From Leptonemataceae bacterium (GTDB taxonomy: Bacteria; Spirochaetota; Leptospiria; Leptospirales; Leptonemataceae): a DNA stretch of 64,000 nt. The position numbers and the translations under genes are program-made. Within the stretch, counting starts at the first letter, position 1; every line of letters begins with the position of its first letter. The DNA lies in the NCBI GenBank assembly GCA_965227295.1, contig OZ245742.1, forward strand, positions 288,001 through 352,000, in the 5' to 3' direction. The notes under the pieces are model-generated. The model did no database searches, was not told the origin of the DNA, and saw nothing but the letters and a program-made list of their open reading frames with translations. Of this stretch, positions 39,215 to 46,984 are shown one piece after another.

Positions 39215-39248
39215 GCCTAAAAAATGAGCATATTTACTCTTTTTGGGC
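39215..39248. promoter_or_regulatory. Imperfect AT-rich palindrome upstream of the giant gene
   Basis: GCCTAAAAAATGAGCATATTTACTCTTTTTGGGC; could be an operator or the terminator of the upstream gene. Confidence 0.3.
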
Positions 39249-39303
39249 AAGGTTCGCGAAAACGGCGATGACTGTCTAACGGATTTTTAACAATTCCGAG
39301 ACA

Positions 39304-39804
39304 TCATCGTTTCCCCGGCGCCCGCCGAATGTACAACGTCTTATACACCCGCGCGACAATCTCATCGTCCTCGTTGCGAATCGTCGTCTCGAACTCCCAG
39401 TCCGTCTTGCGGTCCTTCGCGACCTTCGCGCGAATCGCGTCGAGGGTCTCCGCATCGATCTCGAAGCGGGCCCGCACGGTGCCCGTTCCCGGCTTTACGA
39501 AGTCAATGCGGGCGGATTTGTCCCAGATGATGTAGTCCTGCGCGCCCAGGTGATGCAGCAGGATGAACATGTAAAACGGATCGCACATGGAATAAAGCGA
39601 ACCGCCGAAGTGTGTGCCGACGTAGTTCCGGTTCCAGAAGTGCATGTCCAGTTGCGTCTCGATCCAGTAGAAATCCGGATCGGTAGCGCTCACGTGAATG
39701 CCGGCGCCGACATACGGCGGATACAGATTGATGGTCTGCTGAAAACCCAGGGCCTTCGTGGCCCATTCCCACTGCGGCGAAACGGCGAAATCCATGCTTT
39801 TCAT
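39304..39804 (-). CDS. Hot-dog fold thioesterase-like protein (DUF4442/PaaI)
   Basis: YPPYVGAGI, NRNYVGTHFGGSLYSMCDP, IWDKSARIDF. Confidence 0.88.
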   Translation of the reverse strand: MKSMDFAVSPQWEWATKALGFQQTINLYPPYVGAGIHVSATDPDFYWIETQLDMHFWNRNYVGTHFGGSLYSMCDPFYMFILLHHLGAQDYIIWDKSARIDFVKPGTGTVRARFEIDAETLDAIRAKVAKDRKTDWEFETTIRNEDDEIVARVYKTLYIRRAPGKR

Positions 39805-39879
39805 ACTGACCGGTAAGATATTGTTTTCGTCGAAAATCTGTCCAGACGATTTCCTGAATTTGTAGGAACTCTTACAGAA

Positions 39880-40263
39880 TCAGCCGGCCCCATCCGTCGG
39901 CGGCTCATTTGGCCGCGCGTAGAGGATCGCAAAGAGGACCACGGCCGGAATGACTCCCACCACCAGCGGGATTGCCAGCTCTATGTTCCAGATGGTCTCA
40001 CGCCAGTAGAGGTAACCATAGCTCGCGCCGTAGATTCCCGTGGCCGCAGCCACGCCGACAACCGCGGCCGGGAGCGGCTCGCCCTGCCCCGGTACCGCCA
40101 TCAGACCGGCCACCGCGCCGAAGATGGCCGCAACGCCCAGGGCTATGTCCCATCCGAGCGGCGGAATCTTATCGTGAGCAATGACGAAGGCGGCCTCGTG
40201 CATGGCCAGCACGATCGGCGGTACGGTGGCGAAGATCAGGGCAAAGGTCTCGCGATACGACAT
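39880..40263 (-). CDS. Small integral membrane hypothetical protein
   Basis: 127 aa with four hydrophobic segments. Confidence 0.7.
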   Translation of the reverse strand: MSYRETFALIFATVPPIVLAMHEAAFVIAHDKIPPLGWDIALGVAAIFGAVAGLMAVPGQGEPLPAAVVGVAAATGIYGASYGYLYWRETIWNIELAIPLVVGVIPAVVLFAILYARPNEPPTDGAG

Positions 40264-40401
40264 GTCACAGCGGCAACGATCGACAAAATTCTGTAAAATA
40301 AAAATGGACAGGGCGCCGACACACTGTCATCGAGTTTGGTGCCGGACTGTGGTCCGGCGGGGCCGCATACAAACAGCCAGCGCGCCGGATCGGAGGTTTC
40401 C

Positions 40402-42192
40402 ATGATCGCGAACAACTACTTCACCGATAACGAAGATCTTCTATTATACTTCAACGAACTCATCGACTGGGACGAAATCGTCCAGGCCACGGAGACGGGC
40501 GCCGACGGCACCCCCTTCGCCGACGCCAAAGAGTACGCCGAGACCGAAAACGAAAACCTGGCGTTCGCGCCGTCCAGCACCGAAGAAGCCGTCGAGTTCT
40601 ACCGCGCCACGCTGGAATCCCTCGGCGATCTTTCCGGCAACCTGGTCGCCCAGCGCGCGCAGAAGATGGACTGGACGGGCCTCAAGCACGAGAACGGAAA
40701 GGTCACCTTCCCGCCGGAAATGGTCGAATGCTACGAAGCATTCAAAGACGCCGGCATCATCCCCTACATGATCCATCGCCGTTACGGCGGCCTCGGCATG
40801 CCCGCGGTCATCGCCGCCATGTACACCGAAATCGTCACCCGGGCGGACACCGCCTTCATGATGGCCCTGGGTCTGCTGAACCTGGCGAACACCATTGTGC
40901 GCTACGGCACCGAAGAACAAAAGCAAACCTACGTAACGCGCATGGCCGCCGGCGAATCCCTCGGCGCCATGGCCCTCACCGAACCGAACTACGGCTCGGA
41001 CCTGAGCAGCGTGAAAACGAAAGCCGTGAAGCAGGAAGATGGGACGTATCGTCTCTTCGGTACGAAGCGGTTTATTTCCCAGGGCTGCGGCCTCGGCGAG
41101 TATCCCTGCACGCTGCTGACCCTGGCGCGCACGGGCGGCCCGGACAGCGGGGCGCGGGGTCTGTCGCTCTTCATCGTAAAAAGCGAGGACGTCGAAATCG
41201 CCGGCATTGAAAAGAAGATGGGCCTGCACTGTTCGCCCACGTGCGAAGTCGTCTACGATAACTCCCCCGGCGAACTCATCGGCAGCGAAGGCTACGGCCT
41301 CACCCGCTACACGCTCCAGATGATGAACGCGGCCCGGGCCGCCGTGGCCGCCCTGGGCGCCGCCATCGGCAGCGCGGCCTACTACGAGGCAAAGAAGTAC
41401 GCCCACGAACGCGAGCAGTTCGGCAAGAACATCGTCAACATTCCGGCCGTGAAGCGTATGCTGGACCGCATGGAGCGCGAGAACATGGCCATCCGCCTGC
41501 TCACCGGCGAGGCCGCGCGCGCGGTGGACAACTACATGCACCGCACGATGGTCATGGAGCGTGCCGGTATCTCCGAACGGGACATCAAGAAAAACGACGA
41601 CCTCAAGTACTGGGAACGCATCGCGACGATGTTCACTCCCATCTCAAAGTACTACGGCTCCGAGATGGGGATCACCCTGGCGAGCGACGCGGTTCAAATT
41701 CACGGCGGTGCCGGCTATACCGAGGAGTACGACGTCGCACGCATCTACCGCGATTCGCGGATCAACACCATTTACGAAGGAACGACACAGCTTCAGGTCG
41801 TCGGCGCCATCGGCCAGATCACCGCGGGCATGTCTGAAAAAGGCAACTTCCGCAAGTACTTCGAAAACGAGCTGGCGAAGTTCTCCGCATCGGAGCAGGT
41901 CCAACAGGAGTGGGATCAGCTCGAAGAAGCCGTCTCCATCTTCAAAGAAATCGAAGACAGCGAGATCCGCGACGGCGTGGCCTTTGAGGTGGTGGAGATC
42001 ACGGCGCGGCTCATGTGCGGCATGCTCCTGGAACGCGGCGCCTCCCGCGTCGACGGCGAGAATCGGGACCGCCTCCTCCGCTACGCCGGGGCCTATCACA
42101 CCGATTCCGGTGCCATCATCCTGGGAAATCTGTACAAACTCAAGGCGGCGAAGGCCAGAACCGGCACGGCCCCGCAGACCGCGGCGGTCTGA
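40402..42192 (+). CDS. Acyl-CoA dehydrogenase (long form)
   Basis: MALTEPNYGSD, GTKRFIS, KMGLHCSPT, QIHGGAGY, IYEGTTQLQ; GGAGG RBS before 40402. Confidence 0.95.
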   Translation: MIANNYFTDNEDLLLYFNELIDWDEIVQATETGADGTPFADAKEYAETENENLAFAPSSTEEAVEFYRATLESLGDLSGNLVAQRAQKMDWTGLKHENGKVTFPPEMVECYEAFKDAGIIPYMIHRRYGGLGMPAVIAAMYTEIVTRADTAFMMALGLLNLANTIVRYGTEEQKQTYVTRMAAGESLGAMALTEPNYGSDLSSVKTKAVKQEDGTYRLFGTKRFISQGCGLGEYPCTLLTLARTGGPDSGARGLSLFIVKSEDVEIAGIEKKMGLHCSPTCEVVYDNSPGELIGSEGYGLTRYTLQMMNAARAAVAALGAAIGSAAYYEAKKYAHEREQFGKNIVNIPAVKRMLDRMERENMAIRLLTGEAARAVDNYMHRTMVMERAGISERDIKKNDDLKYWERIATMFTPISKYYGSEMGITLASDAVQIHGGAGYTEEYDVARIYRDSRINTIYEGTTQLQVVGAIGQITAGMSEKGNFRKYFENELAKFSASEQVQQEWDQLEEAVSIFKEIEDSEIRDGVAFEVVEITARLMCGMLLERGASRVDGENRDRLLRYAGAYHTDSGAIILGNLYKLKAAKARTGTAPQTAAV

Positions 42193-42366
42193 GCCGACGC
42201 CGCGCCGGAGAAATTCGCCAGGTTTTCGCCGCAGAGTCGCCGAGAGCGCGGAGACATTGTCTTGAGGGGTAGCGAAAGACCGCGAGCACGGCGAAAGGGT
42301 GGCCCTGGCTGTCCCGCAAACGTTTTTTGCTTTGCATCATATCTGCCGAAAATATAACAGAGGCGT

Positions 42367-43854
42367 ATGATGGAGCCGAAAACAGCCCCTGCACAGCAAT
42401 TATCCCGCAAATTCAGAATACTCATTCACTGTACGATCGCCGTTCTGCTGCTTACCGGCGGAACGCTCTTCGCCGATAGCCGCCCCGTCTATCACCGGGT
42501 GCGCTCCGGAGACACCCTGAGCGAGCTGGCGGTGAAGTACCGCACGTCCGTTTCTCGTCTCAAGAAGTGGAACGGCATTCGCAACGGTTCTTCGATTCGC
42601 ATCGGCCAGCGGCTTAAGGTCGGCTGGCGGAAAGTTAAGTCGAAGCAGGTCTCTTCCAGTCGCGCCGCGGCGGTGAGCTCGGCCTCCACCGGCCTTCGGA
42701 ACGTCTATTATCGCGTCCGCCGGGGAGATACCCTCAGCGAAATCGCCGTAAAGTACCGCACCAGCGTTTCCAGGCTGCGGCGCTGGAACGGTCTGAAGTC
42801 CGGTTCCGTGCTCCATGTCGGCAAACGACTCAAGGTAGGCGTACGCCGCGGCCTGGTGTGGCAGGAAATCTCACCGCACACCCAGGTCCGTGTGCCCGGC
42901 GGTTACAATCTGCGTAAGCCGCGCAGCCGCACCTTTGAAAACGATCACTTTCGCGCGGAAATCTTCGCGCGGCGCTTCGCCCGGGGCGAGGCCGTCTATC
43001 TCGAACTCCTCCCGCAAACGCGCAAGGATGCGAAGGCCTTCCCGGCCGGGTTCAGCCTTTCCTACGACGGCAAAAAAGTCCCGCTGTCCCGCACGTCCTT
43101 CGGCTACAGCGGTCTCTTCGCGTTGCCCCCGGGCAAGGCCGCCGGTCGCTACCGCCTGGTGATCAACGCCGATCACGGCGGCGACAAAGGTACGGAGAGT
43201 AAAAGTTACGTGTACAACCTCCCCGTCGCCGAAACGCGTTTCCGTACGCATACGCGCCGGGTCTATCTCGGCAACTACGATCGCCCGAAACCGGAACTTA
43301 CGCCGGAGCAAAAGCAAGCGCAAAAAGAAAAATGGGACCGCCGCCGTAAGCTGATCAGCGAAAGCAGCGCAAAGAAACGTGAGGTCTTCGGAATCTGGAG
43401 CGACAACTCCTTCAGCAATCGTCTGTCACATCCGCGCAATCTGCACAAAATCACGTCGCCCTTTTATACGAAGCGGCGCACCGTGCAGTGGTATCGCAAG
43501 GGCGGCAAGAAACACTTCAAGAAACCGCGTGTACGTTACCACGAGGGCACCGATTTGCGCGGCCGCTGGGGCGATCCCATTTACGCCATGGCCGACGGCA
43601 AGGTCGTTTGTGCGCAGCGCATGTACTTCGAAGGCAACTTCATCGTCATCGATCACGGCCAGGGCGTCTTCACGGGCTATATGCATCTCAGTAAGTTCAA
43701 CATTCGCGAAGGGGCTACCGTGCAGGCCGGCCAGTTGCTCGGCAAGGCCGGAGCCACGGGCGCGACCCGGGGTGCGCATCTCCACCTGAACCTGTGGATC
43801 CGCGGCGTGCCGGTGGAACCGCTGAGCCTGCTGTCGTTGCCGATTCGCCGCTGA
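42367..43854 (+). CDS. M23 peptidase with two LysM domains
   Basis: Two (Y/H)RVR.GDTLS.(L/I)AVKYRTSVS LysM repeats; HEGTD and HLH metal motifs. Confidence 0.93.
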   Translation: MMEPKTAPAQQLSRKFRILIHCTIAVLLLTGGTLFADSRPVYHRVRSGDTLSELAVKYRTSVSRLKKWNGIRNGSSIRIGQRLKVGWRKVKSKQVSSSRAAAVSSASTGLRNVYYRVRRGDTLSEIAVKYRTSVSRLRRWNGLKSGSVLHVGKRLKVGVRRGLVWQEISPHTQVRVPGGYNLRKPRSRTFENDHFRAEIFARRFARGEAVYLELLPQTRKDAKAFPAGFSLSYDGKKVPLSRTSFGYSGLFALPPGKAAGRYRLVINADHGGDKGTESKSYVYNLPVAETRFRTHTRRVYLGNYDRPKPELTPEQKQAQKEKWDRRRKLISESSAKKREVFGIWSDNSFSNRLSHPRNLHKITSPFYTKRRTVQWYRKGGKKHFKKPRVRYHEGTDLRGRWGDPIYAMADGKVVCAQRMYFEGNFIVIDHGQGVFTGYMHLSKFNIREGATVQAGQLLGKAGATGATRGAHLHLNLWIRGVPVEPLSLLSLPIRR

Positions 43855-43870
43855 AACGCTGAACATAGTT

Positions 43871-43904
43871 ACATCCCGCGCCGGTTTTTTCGCGCGCGGG
43901 ATGT
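43871..43904. terminator. Hairpin after the M23 peptidase gene
   Basis: ACATCCCGCGC / GCGCGGGATGT 11-bp stem; no clear U-tract after it. Confidence 0.35.
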
Positions 43905-43955
43905 CTACGGCCGCTAAGACGTTTACCTTTCGTTAGCTTTCGATACCCGTCACCT

Positions 43956-45365
43956 ATGGCGGGTCTGCTGTTACTCTACGTGCCCGGTGACTGGTCGCCC
44001 ACGGTGCAACGCACGCGGGAACTTCTTACGGCCGGCTCGAAGTCGATCAGCCGCATCGAGAAACTGATCCCCACCACGGCAAACGCCGGTCGGCGCGCCG
44101 CGATCCTCGCGACGGAACTGGCCAACTTCGAGGCCGTCATCGTCGTCTACGGCCCGGCCAGCTTCGGTTCGTCGTCGGTCATCGAAGACAACTCCGCGAG
44201 CTACCGGCGACGCCTGAATCTCGACGTGATCCTCACGGCACGCGAACAAGAAATACCTGTCGTCCTCATGCTCTGTGACGGGGCGCGCCCGCCCCATGAG
44301 TGGCCGGACCTGCCGCGCATCCTGGTCGCCCGGCATTCGGAAAGCGAAGCCCTGGAAGCATTGTACGATTTCCTGCTGGCGGGCGCCGGCGATGACGCCT
44401 CGCTCGCCCGGGAAGAAATCGACGCGTTGCTGTCCGGCGCTGACGATTTTAGCGGTGCGGACGATTTCAGCGGCGCGGACTACGGCGGCACACGCGAACG
44501 TCGCCGCACCGGGCCGCCGCAGCGACCGGAGAGAGTCGCCTTCCGGGCACACTATCCGCGCATACTTTACATTAAAGAACGTTACAGTTTGTTGATTTAC
44601 GCACACACGGATACGGAACGCATGCGCGACGCAGTAGATGAAGATGTGCGCAAGTTTGCCGAAGAACTCGGCGAAGAGCCCGCCGCCCGTTCCGGCCGAC
44701 AAAAGACGCAAATCCGTACCGGTACAATGTTAACGATCGTCCCCGAGGGCGACGGCCTGTTATTCGATCCGCCGGCGCTTACGAAGACCTGGCGGGGAGA
44801 TTGGTCCCGCTTCGCCTTCGACGTCGCGGCGGAAGACGATGCGATCGAAGACGAGAGCCTGCTGCTGCGCGTCTCGGTGCAAATCGGCGGTTTGGAAATC
44901 GCGCACATCACCTGCGGCGTGGACCTCGCCTCCGCCGACGCCGCCCGGACCAACCCGCTCTACGATGCAAAGCTGCGCGGCCGCAGCACGGCGCATCTGT
45001 ATCAGAAGATCTTTGTTTCGTACTCGCGCCGGGACAGTATCGTTACCGAGGCCTACCGCACGGCTCAGGCCGCCCTGGGCAACGAGGTCTTCATGGACTC
45101 CCACGATCTCAAACCCGGCGCCGACTGGCAGGCCGACCTCGCCCGCAGCATCGATTCCGCGGACGTCATGCAACTCTTCTGGTCGAAGCACGCCGCCCGT
45201 TCCCCGAACGTGCGCGACGAATGGGAGTACGCCCTGAAGCATCGCTGCCCCGGTGATCGCTGCGCGGGATTCATCCGCCCGGTCTTCTGGCAACGACCGC
45301 CGGCACCTCCGCCCGAAGAACTGGCGCATCTGAATTTTCGCTACGTTTCGCTGCGTGAGCGTTAG
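43956..45365 (+). CDS. TIR-domain protein (C-terminal TIR, possible degenerate N-terminal TIR)
   Basis: KIFVSYSRRD, FMD..DLKPG.DW, LFWS..AARSPNVRDEW with the catalytic-type Glu. Confidence 0.85.
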   Translation: MAGLLLLYVPGDWSPTVQRTRELLTAGSKSISRIEKLIPTTANAGRRAAILATELANFEAVIVVYGPASFGSSSVIEDNSASYRRRLNLDVILTAREQEIPVVLMLCDGARPPHEWPDLPRILVARHSESEALEALYDFLLAGAGDDASLAREEIDALLSGADDFSGADDFSGADYGGTRERRRTGPPQRPERVAFRAHYPRILYIKERYSLLIYAHTDTERMRDAVDEDVRKFAEELGEEPAARSGRQKTQIRTGTMLTIVPEGDGLLFDPPALTKTWRGDWSRFAFDVAAEDDAIEDESLLLRVSVQIGGLEIAHITCGVDLASADAARTNPLYDAKLRGRSTAHLYQKIFVSYSRRDSIVTEAYRTAQAALGNEVFMDSHDLKPGADWQADLARSIDSADVMQLFWSKHAARSPNVRDEWEYALKHRCPGDRCAGFIRPVFWQRPPAPPPEELAHLNFRYVSLRER

Positions 45366-45468
45366 TGATTTTCGCCGGAACCTCCGCGCGAGTCCGCGAC
45401 CTGGAACGGCGGCCGACCGAACACGCGCTTTGACTTGACGGATTCCTGCGCTGCGACATCGTCTGTGA

Positions 45469-46077
45469 ATGGCCGCGCGTAAGAAGTCCGCAAAATCCGC
45501 GAAACCCACCGCGAAGAAAAAATCGAAAACGACGGCAAAGAAGAAAGCGGCGGCCGCATCGCCCCCGTCGCCCGTTCCGCCGCCGCCGGCCGGTGATCCG
45601 CGCCGCCTGCGCGGTCCGGTCATGGTTTTCACCGCCCTGACCATCACCGCCTTCGTGCTGATATACTTCATCTATGCCGGTGCCGGTCTCCGTACCGCGC
45701 CGCGCGTCGTACATACGGAGAGCGATGCCGCGGGGGAACGGGCCTTCGTCGAGGGCCTGCAGGTTCGTTACGAAAAGAAAGACGTCAGCGTACCGGCGCC
45801 GGCCCGGGATGATCTACGCCGGGTTGTGGCCTATCTCCAATCGAATTCCCGACAGCGGCTCCGCATTGTCGGATACACCTGCAACATCGGCACGCCGGAG
45901 GACAACGTCGAACTGTCCGAACAGCGAGCGAAGGTCGTCCGGGATTTTCTCATCGCCGCGGGAGCACCGGAAGACCGCCTGGACTTTGAAGGTGCAGGGG
46001 AAAGCGATCCGGTGGCGTCCAACTCCAGCGAGGCCGGACGCATTCGTAACCGACGCGTGGAGTTTCGTCTTCAGTAA
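45469..46077 (+). CDS. OmpA/MotB-like peptidoglycan-binding protein with a Lys-rich N-terminus and one TM
   Basis: IVGYT.NIG...NVELSEQRA, G.GESDP, NRRVEF. Confidence 0.9.
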   Translation: MAARKKSAKSAKPTAKKKSKTTAKKKAAAASPPSPVPPPPAGDPRRLRGPVMVFTALTITAFVLIYFIYAGAGLRTAPRVVHTESDAAGERAFVEGLQVRYEKKDVSVPAPARDDLRRVVAYLQSNSRQRLRIVGYTCNIGTPEDNVELSEQRAKVVRDFLIAAGAPEDRLDFEGAGESDPVASNSSEAGRIRNRRVEFRLQ

Positions 46078-46097
46078 AGCTAAGGATTTTTGATTCG

Positions 46098-46892
46098 ATG
46101 TTAGACGATTCCACGCGCGCGTTCTTCAACCGGGAGAGCCGGTTGTTCCAGGCTTCCCTGAGAGCTTCGGTGTACTTCGTGGCCGTACTCTGGGCGGTGC
46201 ATCTTGCGGACATCGTCGTGCCCGTCGACTTCGGCCGTTTCGGCATCGTGCCGCGCAGTCCCGAGGGGGCGCGGGGGATCTTGTTCGCGCCGTTACTCCA
46301 CGGCGACTTCACGCATCTCATTTCCAATTCGGTACCGCTCGTCGTGCTCGGCACGGGACTGCTGTACCTCTATCGCCGCGTATCGTGGTGGGTGGTTTTG
46401 ATCGTCTACGTACTCGGCGGCGCGGGCGTATGGCTCTTCGCGCGGCCGGCGTCCGTGCACATCGGCGCGAGTGGTCTCATTTACGGCTTCGCGGCGTTCA
46501 TCTTTTTCAGCGGGCTCCTGCGCCGCGATCCGCCGTCCATCGCTCTCGCGTTGGTGGTAACGTTTTTGTACGGCGGCATGGTCTGGGGCGTGTTGCCTCT
46601 CGAAGATGGCGTTTCTTTCGAAGCGCATCTGGCGGGGGCCCTTTCGGGAATTCTGTGCGCCGTGCTCTTTCGCAACGCCGCCCGGCCGCCGAACCTTCAG
46701 AAGCCGCCGGGCGACGACGATGACTATCCGGAAGACGAGGACGAACTGGATGATCCCGCGCGCTTCGATCCGCGGGCGGCGCACGACTACGAATCCGAAG
46801 CATCCCGCGACGCGAATCACTTCAACGACGACGCGGCCCGCAATCGCCGGCGCCTGCGGGACATCATCGATGAGATCGGCGACAACTGGTAA
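46098..46892 (+). CDS. Rhomboid-family intramembrane serine protease
   Basis: HGDFTHLISN, GASG, AHLAG motifs; acidic C-tail. Confidence 0.92.
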   Translation: MLDDSTRAFFNRESRLFQASLRASVYFVAVLWAVHLADIVVPVDFGRFGIVPRSPEGARGILFAPLLHGDFTHLISNSVPLVVLGTGLLYLYRRVSWWVVLIVYVLGGAGVWLFARPASVHIGASGLIYGFAAFIFFSGLLRRDPPSIALALVVTFLYGGMVWGVLPLEDGVSFEAHLAGALSGILCAVLFRNAARPPNLQKPPGDDDDYPEDEDELDDPARFDPRAAHDYESEASRDANHFNDDAARNRRRLRDIIDEIGDNW

Positions 46893-46984
46893 GACGCTTA
46901 TGTCCCGTGATCAATATCGGGAACTACTCTTCGTATCTCAAAAAATCGTTGCCCGGTTGCACTCTAAGGTCTCACTGACTGTGA

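Noticed and set aside
42259-42320. Possible riboswitch or third repeat family upstream of the LysM/M23 gene (loose similarity to 12742-12790 and 7075-7095)
   Set aside because: It does not match the c-di-AMP or c-di-GMP riboswitch consensus, and similarity between the sites is too short to support
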